This document shows positions 24,901 through 38,028 of a stretch of 64,000 bases of DNA, one piece after another. Both the position numbers and the translations under genes were made by a program. This DNA is from Octopus vulgaris (Eukaryota). Position 1 is the first letter of the stretch. Each line of letters opens with the position of its first letter. Location of the stretch: NCBI GenBank assembly GCA_951406725.2, contig OX597838.1:11594001-11658000 (forward strand). The letters are read 5' to 3'. The notes beneath the pieces are model-generated. The model did not search any database. It saw only the letters and a program-made list of their open reading frames with translations, and had not been told where the DNA came from.

Positions 24901-25347
24901 AAAGCAAAATAAATGTTAGTTTCCTGACTTCTATGAAATTATTCATTGAATAAAATGCACGTGGAACTGTAAGGGGAAAATAAGAAAAATCAACGCAAAT
25001 GCATATTGTAAATAAAAAAAGAAAAGGCTTTTTATGAAAGGTAACAACAGATATATACATTTAGATGGACTGAGGTAGTAATAAAAGTCATAAAAGTTAA
25101 CATAAAAGTGGAACATGCCCCCACCTTTTGGAGGGTTCAGAATTTCACTTCAAACAAGGAGAAATATTTAAAATCAAATCAAATTTCACCTGCGCCTTGG
25201 AAAATCTAATCATAAAAAGCCTTTTTTTTTTTATTTACAATGTGCATTTTTGTTGCTTTTTCTTATTTTTCCCCTATATACATATATATATATATAGTCC
25301 AACCCTTGCTAGCATGGAAAGCGGACGTTAAACGATGATGATGATGA

Positions 25348-25380
<33 letters not shown>

Positions 25381-25600
25381 CTTTTTACTTCCGGTCTTTC
25401 AAAATGTGACCTTGTGTGTATCGTTGGCGATTTTTTTTTCCTCTGTCTTCCCTTCTCTGGATCTTTCCTTCTCCTATGTTTCCGATGAAGAGCTCGAAAC
25501 GTTAAACCCTCCTTCTTTCCTTCTTTCCTGAGCATCCAATAATACTATATTTGTTCCACGTCCTCGTGTTGTGTTTTTATGTGCTTTCATGTTTGGATTA

Positions 25601-25635
<35 letters not shown>

Positions 25636-28600
25636 CCATATAATGTGATGTTTATTTCTGCAGGAAGCTCAGCGTTTGGCTAGTGATTCAGAGGCGTTCA
25701 GCCCTAGCCTCAATTTCCTCTGGTTACGTATGGGCAACAAGGTTTACTACCGCTTTCTTATTGAAGATAAAATCAACTCTTTGGTTTCCAAAAAGGTAAA
25801 AACCTATTTATTTTTTACACATTTTTCATTTTGTTACTTTTTATGCTTTTTTCTTTTCTGGGGGTCAATGTAATTGACTTACCCCCCTCCCCTGAGCTTG
25901 CTGGCCTTGTGCCAAAATTTGAAACCAATGCATGTCACATTTATATGTTTCTTGTTTATTTTTTACTGCAGACTGTCCACTTGTACAATGAGTATATCGA
26001 AAAATACAATGAAGAACAACCCGAAATGGTCAATCATCGACTTATTTGGTTGAATCTGATGAAGGAACACTGTGATGGGCCATCTTTGGTAAATTGCCTT
26101 GCTTTGATATTTTTACATAATTTCCTCCATTATGTGTTGGTGGCACATAAAAAACACCATCCGAGCGTGGCCGTCTGCCAGCCTCGTCTGGCACCTGTGT
26201 CGGTGGAACATAAAAAACACCATCCGAGCGTGGCCGTTCGCCAGCCTCGTCTGGCACCTGTGTCGGTGGCACATAAAAAACACCATCCGAGCGTGGCCGT
26301 CTGCCAGCCTCGTCTGGCACCTGTGTCGGTGGCACATAAAATCACCCACTACACTCTCGGAATGGTTGGCATTAGGAAGGGCATCCAGCTGTAGAAACAC
26401 TGCCAGATCTGACTGGCCTGGTGCAGCCTTCGGGCTCCCCAGACCCCAGTTGAACCGTCCAACCCATGCTAGCATGGAAAGCGGACGTTAAACGATGATG
26501 ATGATAGCATTGTGAAATGTGTTCCTCAAGTCGGTGAGGTCAATTGACCTCCGAGAAGTAGCAACCAAATCTCTCTCAAATCAAACTTTCTAACTTTGAG
26601 ATAAAAGACACAGTAAGTAGCTTGCTAACCAACCACACGGTTCCGGGTTCAGTCCCACTGCGTGGCATCTTGGGCAAGTGTCTTCTGCTATAGCAGCCCC
26701 AGGCCGACCAATGCCTTGTGAGTGGATTTGGTAGACGGAAACTGAAAGAAGCCCGTCGTATATATGTATATATATATATATGTATATATGTATGTGTGTG
26801 TTTCTGTGTCTGTGTTTGTCCCCCTAGCATTGCTTGACAACCGATGCTGGTGTGTTTACGTCTCCGTCACTTAGTGGTTCGGCAAGAGAGACCGATAGAA
26901 TAAGTACTGGGCTTACAAAGAATAAGTCCTGGGGTCGAGTTGCTCGATTAAAGGCGTTGCACCAGCATGGCCGCAGTCAAAATGACTGAAACCAAAGCCT
27001 TGTGAGTGGATTTGGTAGACGGAAACTGAAAGAAGCTCATCGTATGTATATATATGTATGTTTGTGTGTCTGTGTTTATGTCCCCGTCACTTAGTGGTTC
27101 GGCAAAAGAGACGGATAGAATTAGTGCTGGGCTTACAAAAGAATAAGTCCCGGGGTCGAGTTGCTCGATTAAAGGCGGTGCACCAGCATGGCCGCAGTCA
27201 AATGACTGAAACAAGTAAAAAGAGAGAGAAAAAGAGATACAACAGGTTCACACTGTGGACATGTTATTTTCTCTATCAAATTAATACTTATTTATGTTTT
27301 CTATTTTTATTTTCATCTTCTCTTATTCATTATTAATTAATTTATTAATTTGTTCTTGCAGGATGTTCCTCTCAAAACCTGGCCTCTTCATGTGGTTAAA
27401 GGAGTAAGTAGTATACCTATTTCATTATTACCCACAAGGGGCTAAACACAGAGGGGACAAACAAGGACAGACAAACAGATTAAGTCGATTACATCGACCC
27501 CAGTGCGTAACTGGTACTTAATTTATCGACCCCGAAAGGATGAAAGGCAAAGTCGACCTCGGCGGAATTTGAACTCACAACGTAACGCAGACGAAATACC
27601 GCTAGGCATTTCGCCCGGCATGCTAATGATGCTGCCAGCTCACTGCCTGAAGTAGTATACCTCAACAAAGGGTGACTTTGAGGAAAGTGTGAATGTTATA
27701 AACACCCTTTCTTTGTCTTTAACTCTAAGTGAATGAAATTGTGTTAATCAGTGGTTCTTAACAGAGGTTCATATGACCCTAGGGGGTCCATTTAAAATTT
27801 TTGTGGAGTTCACACTAGCAAAATAGTAAATTGGGGATCCACAGTAGTATTTTAAGGGTCCATGAAAAGTTTTGATTTATATGTGTGTATTGCAAGAACC
27901 AACTAACATTTTACATAGTTCAACCTGTACAGGTGAGTGTGTGAATAGAAAAATACAAATTTTGAAAGAAGTCACTATAAAATTAGCTTTTAACCCTTTA
28001 GCATTTAAACCGGCCATATCCGGCCAAAAGTATTCTGCCTGTTTTATGTTCAAACTTGCCAGATCTGGTCTCTCACACCAACCCTACAATATCGTTTTAA
28101 AAATTAACAGCTACCTCATCAAAATCTCATAACTACAAGATAAATGCATGATTAGTTCAAAAGAATTTGGATAAAAAGGCATTAATTTTGGCAGAATAAT
28201 GCGAACACTAAAGGGTTAAACATCAAATGGCTATGGAGATCCACCAGAATAAAATGATAAACAAAGGGGTCTATAGATAAAAAATGGTTGAGAACCTCTG
28301 GTGTAGACAAAGACTATACCAAAGTTCACCAGACGGACTACCTGTTATTGGGGTGGTGAACTTAATCCATCACTTAATTCAATTCACCTGTCTCTTGGAT
28401 GTGCCTTTAGTAGAGCTGAATCTGATGTTGGCATAGAGACCAGATCTTTGATTTGTTAATATCAAGATTTTCCCCTTCTTGGATCATTCTTGTAAATCCT
28501 GCAAAAATGTTATGGACACTGCATTTCTTCTGACTAAGACATAAAATAGCAAATAATAATAATAATAACGTGGCCGATGCCAACACCGCCTTGACTGGCT

Positions 28601-31600
28601 TCCGTGCTGGTGGCACATTAAAAGCACCAACCGATCGTGGTCGCTGCCAGACTCCCCTGGCACCTGTGCCGGTGGCACGTAAAAAGCACCCACTACACTC
28701 ACGGAGTGGTTGGCGTTAGGAAGGGCATCCAGCTGTAGAAACACTGCCAGATCAGACTGGAGCCTGGTGCAGCCCCTGGCTTCCCAGATCCCCGGTTGAA
28801 CCGTCCAACCCATGCTAGCATGGAAAACAGACGTTAAACGATGATGATGATGATGATGATGATGAACAACAATAATAATATTGGCAGCAGTTTAGAGAGT
28901 GAAAGGCAAGTATTTCTGACTGGCACTTTATTTAATAGACCTTAAAATTATGAAAAGCAAATTGGCCTTGGCATGGTTTGAACTCATGCATGGCAGTGGA
29001 AGTTTTGCTGCTGTGAGCTGTGAGTTTGCTTTTGTATCTACCATTTGTTCCATTTACAAAGTGTGTGGAAATGATTCGTTTATCACTGATTCATACAGCA
29101 CTGTTTTACAGACAAACTTATGTAATAAACAAGTCTAGATGTGTTATGGAAACCTCTATGATGTCTTGGTTTTCATAATTTTAAGGTCTATTAAATAAAG
29201 TACCAGTCAAAAATACTTGCCTTTTACTCGCTAAACTGCTGCCAATATTATTATAGCTCTTTACTCTTTTTACTCTTTTATTTGTTTCAGTCATTTGACT
29301 GCGGCCATGCTGGAGCACCGCCTTTAGTCGAGCAAATCGACCCCGGGACTTATTCTTTGTAAGCCCAGTACTTGTTCTATCGGTCTCTTTTGCCGAACCG
29401 CTAAGTGACGGGGACGTAAACACACCAGCATCGGTTGTCAAGCAATGCTAGGGGGACAAACACAAACACACACATACATATATATATATATACATATATA
29501 CGACAGGCTTCTTTCAGTTTCCATCTACCAAATCCACTCACAAGGCATTGGTCGGCCCGGGGCTATAGCAGAAGACACTTGCCCAAGATGCCACGCAGTG
29601 GGACTGACCACGGAACCATGTGGTTGATTAGCAAGCTACTTACCACACAGCCACTCCTGCGCCTGTTATTATTATTTGCTATTTTATGTCTTGGTCAGAA
29701 GAAGAAATGCAGTGTCCATAACATTTTTGCAGGATTTACCAGAATGATCCAAGAAGGGGAAAATCTTGATATTAACAAATCAAAGATCTGGTCTCTATGC
29801 TAACATCAGATTGGGCTCTACTAATGGAACATCCAAGAGACAGGTGAACTGAATTAAATGATGGATTAAGTTCACCACCCCAATAACAGGTAGTCCGTCT
29901 GGTGAACTTTCACATAGTCTTTGTCTACACCAGAGGTGCTCAACCATTTTTTTTATCTATAGACCCCTTTGTTTATCATTTTATTCTGGTGGATCTCCAT
30001 AGCCATTTGATGTTTAACCCTTTAGTGTTTGCATTATTCTGCCAAAATTAATGCCTTTTCATCCAAATTGTTTTGAACTAATCATGCATTATCTTGTAGC
30101 TATGAGATTTTGATGAGGTAGCTGTTAATTTTTAAAACGATATTGTAGGGTTGGTGTGAGAGACCAGATCTGGCCAGCTTGAACGTAAAACAAGCAGAAT
30201 ACTTTTGGCCAGATATGGCCGGTTTAAATGCTAAAGGGTTAAAAGCTAATTTTATAGATACTTCTTTCAAAATTTGTATTTTGCTATTCACACACTCACC
30301 TGTACAGGTTGAACTATGTAAAATGTTAGTTGTTTCTTGCAATACATACATAGAAATCAAAACTTTTCTCTCCTTTGTGATGTCAGCTCATTTTTTAAAA
30401 TTTTGCCCTCGTTTGATGTTAGTTTTTGTCTTTCAGGTCGGAAGGATTCTGTTTGACATAATTCTATATGACTTACATATTGAGCTGAACCGAGACAAAG
30501 ACAAAAGTAACAGGTAGGTTGCACTTAGTTGTTGTTGTATTTACTGTGGAAGCCACTTATTGTGATCACTCCAGGATAAAACCTTTTTAGTACAATAACC
30601 AACTAGCAACTTGAGATTAGGACCAATTAATTTCTATGACCAATAATTAGTTAATAACATTAACCCTTTAGTGTTTAGACCGTCCATATCCGGCCAAAAT
30701 AGCTAATCTGTTTTATGTTCAAACTGACCAGATCCAGGCTCTCACACCTACCCTACAATGTTATTCTACATTAAGTAATTACACCATCAAGATCTTGAAG
30801 ATATGAGATAATGCATGATTAATTCAAATCAATGGGAATCAATAAGCATTATGTTTGATAGAATAATCTGAACACTCTGGCGTTAGGCAGGGCATCCAGC
30901 CGTAGAAACACTGCCAGATCAGACTGGGCCTGGCGCAGCCTTCTGGCTTCCCAGACCCCAGTTGAACCGTCCAACCCATGCTAGCATGGAAAGCGGACGT
31001 TAAACGATGATGATGATGGTGATGATGACTAAAGGGTTAAACAGATAAAAAATGTTGAGACCAACAGATTTTAATAAGAATAACCAACTGATAACATTAG
31101 ACAGATAGCAAGTTTGAGATCAACTAATTATCATGATAATAATTGATTGATAATATCTGATTGATAAACAGCTTTTATATGGAAATATGTTGGTGGGTGA
31201 CAATCAATTCAATTAAATTTTTATTGGCTCAAAAAGCAAAAGCAAGGCCATGTAGGGGGACAGGGAGTTATGTACAGGGAGGGTGGTCATACAAAGAGAT
31301 CAGGCCATTTTTGGTCAAGGGAGACTTTGAACCGAGCGGTTGTTGGCATCTTCGCTATCTCGTCCGGCAGCTTATTCCATGGATCCGCAACCCGGACATA
31401 GTGTAGTGTAACTGATAAGATCCCAGTGAATAGTTTACACACCTGGTTAATATACCTTTATCTATCCTTCTCTTTCTCTCTCTCTCTCATACACACACTC
31501 ACGTATTGTTTGTATTTTTTCAGTCAAAAACATATCCCAGCCTTTTACACAGTTTATCGGAATTACAGCTTCATCACAAAGGAAGAAGTTAAGGTTTGTG

Positions 31601-32167
31601 GTTGTTTTGTTGATCCAAGTAATCTCTTATCCTCCAGGCTTATGGCAGACAATAGATATTTAGGGGCAAATAACTGGGTATTCTCTTTAGATTCATTATC
31701 CTATATATACCTTGTACCTGCCCAGTTCAGGTCCATGCTATGCACCTGAACATGTCATGATTTACATATATGTATGTGTGTGTGTGTGTATGTATATATG
31801 TGCTGCTCTCTCTCTCTGTCTCTCTCTCTCTCTGTCTCTCTCTCTCTCTGTCTCTCTCTGTCTCTCTCTCTATATATATATATATATATACTTTATTTTA
31901 AGCAGCCTTAAAATAAAGCATATTACTCTACCACTGGTATTTGAGTACTCTTTTTTCCACCTTGTTTCACATTTATGTGTTTACTCCGGTATATATATAT
32001 ATATATATATATATTTAAGTAGATAAATGAATTATCTTATTACGGATAATTCGAAAGATAATATTATTCATTCGGAATTAGGAATTTTCAGACTTCGAAA
32101 CATATGTCGAAAATAAAATAAAGGAATTTTGTTAAATCTTCGCTCAGCTCCATTCTTTCCTATACTC

Positions 32168-32198
<31 letters not shown>

Positions 32199-35100
32199 TA
32201 ATCCAAACAAGAAAGCACAAAAAAACACAACAACGCGAGGACTTGGAACAAATAAAGTATTATTGGACGCTCAGGAAAGAAGGAGGGTTTAACGTTTCGA
32301 GCGGAGCTCTTCGTCGGAAACATAGGAGAAGGAAAGATCCAGAGAAGGGAAGACAGACGAAAAAAAATCGCCAACGGTACACACGAGGTCACATTTATAT
32401 ATATATATATATATATACATCATCATCATTGTTATTTTAATGTTCACTTTTCCATGTTTCTAAGCAAGGTAATATTTCTCCATAACCAGACATGTTTTGC
32501 AGAATATTGGAAAAGAACGACCATGCTTGTTTGTCAGCAAGACTTATTTACGACTATTTTGTGATGTCAGAACTAGGAAAGCAGATAAACCTGTGCTTAC
32601 ACAAATACACAAACACACACGCAGGTGTTTGGGCTAAATTTTACAGAAAACAAAAACAATATACATAATTAAATCTCAGAATGAGATTGAAACAGTAATC
32701 GCTTGATAATGTAAAGTATAGAAGCCATCTTATCATGGCTAACCACATTGGGGAGGGGGTGTTACTGTAGCTTTATAGCCCCAAGAGATCGTCATCTCTA
32801 GCTGGCTTTAGACACTGTGAAAAAATCAAACAATATCACAGCCTCAAAATGGCTTTGGAGCCTGGTACATGCATTCCTCACTGAGTCCCTGGGAAGATCT
32901 TTGAACACCTTCTTGATCTTGGTATCTTTTTTTCCTTATAAATGTCCTGAAAACTCCTCACAGCCTTGGCTTTGTTATCTCATTCTGTCTAATATATATA
33001 TATGCATGCACGTGCATGAAGTTGACTTCTTTTTGTTTCCAACTGCCAAATGCACTTACAAGGCTTTGATCAGCCTGGGGCTATAAGTAGAAGACACTTA
33101 CCCAGGGTGTCATGCCAAACTCATGTGGTAGGGAAGCAAACTTCTCAGCCACAGCTGTAGAAACCAAGGAATGGGGCCTGGTGCAGCTCCTCTCAAATCA
33201 TTCAGTCTATGTCGGCTTGGAAAATGGATGTTAAAAGATGACAATGATGATGGTCATGATCACTCACACACACACACACACACACACACTCTCTCTCTCT
33301 CTCTCACACCATCCACGATAGTCCTGGAGATACTCAAAATATGAGGTTAAGTAGGATATATGACTACCACCTGAGTAGTTGATCAAGTTACGTAGAAAGG
33401 TGATACTCTCAATGACTAACATAGAAGTGTCATTGTAAATTTCTGCAAAGGAAATTTAGTGGAATCAAATTTTTGGATCTAGTTGTGAAGGTCATGGAGA
33501 GGGAGTCATACGTAGCACAGTTGATTTCTAACAGAGTAAACCTAGAGGAGATGCATTTTGGTTCAATGGCAGAATCGTTAGCATGCCGGGTGAAATGCGT
33601 AGCCGTATTTCGTCTGCCGATACGTTCTGAGTTCAAATTCCGCCGAGGTCGACTTTGCCTTTCATCCTTCCAGGATCAATGAATTAAGGACCAGTTACGC
33701 ACTGGGGTCGATATAATCCGCTTAATCCATTTGTCTGTCCTTGTTTGTTCCCTCTGTGTTTAGCCCCTTGTGGGTAGTAAAGAAATAGGTATATGTACAT
33801 TATTTTTTTTTTCATTCAGCCTCATCCAAAAACAATGAAAATATTCCAAACGAACAGCACATCAGAACTGGTGTTCGACACGGTAGCATTGCCAATGCTT
33901 GTACCCCCTGTCCCGTGGATATCAGAAAACCTAGGAACCAATCTGCTAGCCACTAGTGAGTATTTTCTTGAAGTTTTCATGTTCTGTTACCATTATTTTT
34001 ATTGTTGTTAAGGTGTTGGCAGAATTATTATTGTGTTGGACAAAATTCTTAGTGGCATTTCTTCTGATTCTTTACTTTCTGTGTTCAAACTTTGCTGAGG
34101 TTGATTTGGCTTTCATCCTTTCGGGATTGATAAAATAAGTACCAGTTAAGCACTGGGGTTGATGTAATTGGCTGAACTCTTCCCCACCCTAAAATTCCTG
34201 GTTTTGTGTCACAATTTGAAACTATTTATCTTTATTGTCTTTGTTTTAAATGGATTGGAAAAAGTATAGCATTGGATTAAATACCTAGTGGCATTTTAAT
34301 TATACCTTGCTACATTCTGAGTTGAAATTCTGTTAGTTTTTAATTATCTTTCATCCTTCCATAGACATAAGCGTGAATGCATCTTTAAAAATTAAACCTC
34401 CTTCACTTCATCCATTCTCCTACATATTTTCAAATCAGCAGAAAAGAGAGCTTTCCTGGACCTTCATTTTTGTCTTGTTGCCCAATAGTGATTATTTGTG
34501 TGACAAGAATTTTAGTCATAGGGATGATCTCTCTCCCTCTCTGCCGTTTACTTTTATCAACTCTATCCACTGTATTTTCAACCCTTCTATGTCATCTATT
34601 CCACAGCTAAACTGGTCCGCCTGGCAGATTCCATGCATTCTCAGAATAAACTCAGCCAAGTCACCCATAGTTCTTCTGAAGAACTGTCAGCTGTCTTTGA
34701 TGGTTTAAATATTCTCAGTGCTTGTCCTTGGACCATTAATAAACCTGTAAGCTTGAGTGTATATTACATATCTATATATATTTGTGTGTGTTTACCTGTA
34801 TGTGCCTGTTCTGTGTATGTATATGTTTGTATATGAGTGTGTGTGTATGTATGCCTGGAGTTTTGTCTATATATATCTCTGTGTGTGTATATATGCCTGT
34901 ACATGAGAGAAGGGGAGTGTATTTGTGTGTATGTGTGTGTGTGTGTTGACTTCCGTGGCACGTAAAAGGGCACCATTCGAGCGTGATCGTTACCAACGTC
35001 ACTTCACTGGCACGTGTAAAAAGATTTGAACGAGGTCATTGCCAGTACCGCCTCACTGGCCCCCATGCTGGTGGCACATAAAAAGCACCCACTATACTCT

Positions 35101-35244
35101 CAGAGTGGTTGGCGTTAGGAAGGGCATCCAGCTGTAGAAACTCTGCCAGATCAAGATTGGAGCCTGGTGCAGCCATCTCGTTCGCCAGCCCACAGTCAAA
35201 ATCGTCCAACCCATGCTAGCATGGAAAGTGGACATTAAACGATG

Positions 35245-35331
<87 letters not shown>

Positions 35332-37995
35332 TATGTGTGTACACGCATGTACACTGTACACATTCTCATAGATGTGTTTTACTGTCAGTAATCTTATTTC
35401 TCTACTTCCTTCTACTTCAGATTCTTGACTTAATTATTAAAATATTCAACAACAAAGGTAACAAAAACCTAGATATTCCACCACCATCCTCAGAGTGTCC
35501 ACCATATCCTAAAATAACAAGGTAAATTAATTCTTTTTTTTTTTTTGAAGTATATATTTTTTTTATATAGACCTTTTAGATTTTATCCTTGCTTAAATTC
35601 TTGACACTGTGTCATGTCTGTCTGTCTGTCTCTCGTTTTGTGTTCTTAGTAATAATGTAGAATATGTGGTTTATTAAAAATCTGTCGTGGAAGCGTCATC
35701 CAACCAAAGTACAAATATATGGGAAACTACCACCTGTATCATCTCTTGTTAAAGGTAGAAGAGTCCAGTTTGCTGGACATTGTTGTAGAGCTGAAAACGA
35801 GGTTATTTCTACTCTTCTCCTCTGGAAGCCATCTGCTTGCGATACCCGAGGGCGCACACTCTCCTACCCTGATGTAATCACCAGGGATACAGGCATCCAG
35901 CAACAGGATCTCCGCAATGCTATGATGGACTGTGAAATCTGGCGTAACATAGTAAATTCCATAGTCACTTCTATGGATTTTTTAATGGCTTTGCGGGGTG
36001 ACTGGGGGAAATGTAAAGATGTGCATGACCACCCTTGGACGGTTTTGAATGACCATAGAAAGTGCGAGCCCTCTTACTGAAAAATTGTGGATTTGTATAA
36101 AGGACACACACACACACAGAGACATTTTGCCGTTTATATATATATAGAGATATATGTGTTGTTTGTTTTTTGTTATAGTGATATGACAGTTCAGCAACGG
36201 TCACAAGCTCAGAGGTTGCGTATAAAACTGAAACAACAGAGTGCTGAGATGTACAGTTTGTGGTGTAATGAGCTTTATAAACTCTCCATTGCCAACCACG
36301 TAAGTTTTTTTTTTTAGCTATATCTGTCTTCTGTCTTACTTACTTGTCATTTGCTATTTCGTCTGTCGTTACGTTCTGAGTTCAAATTCCGCCAAGGTCG
36401 ACTTGGCCTGTTCATCCTTTCGGGGTCGATTAAATAAGTACCAGTTTCGCACTAGGGTCGACGTAATCGACTTAATCCTTTTGTCTGTCCTTGTTTGTCC
36501 CCTCTATGTTTAGCCCCTTGTGGGTAATAAAGAAATAGAAATAGGTATTTCGTCTGTCGTTACATTCTGAGTTCAAATTCCGCCGAGGTCGACTTTGCCT
36601 TTCATCCTTTCGGGGTCGATTAAATAAGTACCAGTTATGCACTAGTGTCGATGTAATTGACTTAATCCCTTTGTCTGTCCTTGTTTGTCCCCTCTATGTT
36701 TAGCCCCTTGTGGGCAGTAAAGAAATACATTTGCTATTTTAATCTGATACTGCTTCTATTTTATTTAATGGATTTAAAAAATAAGGTCGTTTATGCCTTT
36801 TCAGTTCCGAGATGAAGTGTTCTGGTTTCCTCACAGTATTGACTTCCGAGGACGAACATATCCTTGCCCTCCTCATCTTAACCATTTAGGTAAGTATACA
36901 CTCCTCACCCTTATGTTTATACTCTATACCAAAGGTTCTCTACCAATTTTGGCCAAAAGGGTCTATTCCATCTCAGTCACAGATTTTTTTAATTAATTCT
37001 TTTTAACTAAACAGTTTGAAACTTAGAAAACTGGTAGAATTTCTCATGTAGAACATGATTTACTTACTCTTTCTCTTTTACTCTTTTACTTGTTTCAGTC
37101 ATTTGACTGCGGCCATGCTGGAGCACCGCCTTTAGTCGATCAAATCGACCCCGGGACTTACTCTTTGTAAGCCCAGTACTTATTCTATCGGTCTCTTTTG
37201 CCGAACCGCTAAGTGACGGGGACGTAAACACACCAGCATCGGTTGTCAAGCAATGCTAGGGGGACAAACACAGACACACAAACACACACACATATATATA
37301 TATATATACATATATACGACAGGCTTCTTTCAGTTTCCGTCTACCAAATCCACTCACAAGGCATTGGTCGGCCCGGGGCTATAGCAGAAGACACTTGCCC
37401 AAGATGCCACGCAGTGGGACTGAACCCGCAACCATGTGGTTGGTTAGCAAGCTACTTATCACACAGCCCAAAATTTTACATTTTAGAAATTGTTTCGCGT
37501 TAAAGTTGTTGTATTTGGGTAATTTCAACCAATTAACGATGTGTATTTGGTTGAAGAAAGCTACTGCTGTTTGTGATAGTAATAGAAGAGGAACAACTTC
37601 CGGGTCATCTCTACTAAATGTCACCACTTTGTTTGAAGAATCAAACATATATATAATGTATATTACATTATATATATGTTTATGTGGGCCGACCAAAGCC
37701 TTGTGAATGGATTTGGTAGACGGAAACTGAAAGAAGCCCGTCGTATATATGTATATATATATATATATATGTATGTGTGTGCATATGTTTGTATGTCTGT
37801 GTTTGTCCCTCCAACATCACTTGACAACCGATGCCGGTGTGTTTACTTCCCCGTAACTTAGCGGTTCGGCAAAGGAGACTGATAGAATAAGTACTAGGCT
37901 TACAAAGAATAAGTCCTGGGGTCAATTTGCTCGACTAAAAGGCGGTGCTCCAGCATGGCCACAGTCACGTGACTGAAACAAGTAAAAGAGTAAGA

Positions 37996-38028
<33 letters not shown>

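Larger units (their letters stand above)
27864..30368. repeat. Long inverted duplication (foldback) in POLRMT intron 13
   Basis: 27864-28569 is the reverse complement of 29665-30368, and 28871-28960 of 29166-29254, around a ~205-nt spacer. The near-identical mirror ORFs 27872+ and 30360- confirm it. Confidence 0.95.

Noticed and set aside
26139-26340. CRISPR-like regular repeats (63-bp period; similar arrays at 4600-4880 and 57580-57790)
   Set aside because: The units are contiguous with no unique spacers, belong to the family E retroposon, and there are no cas genes in this eukaryotic DNA.
25831-26394. 187-aa ORF with 21-aa repeats
   Set aside because: It is exon 12 read through into intron 12 and the 63-bp retroposon units. 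There is no evidence of an independent gene.
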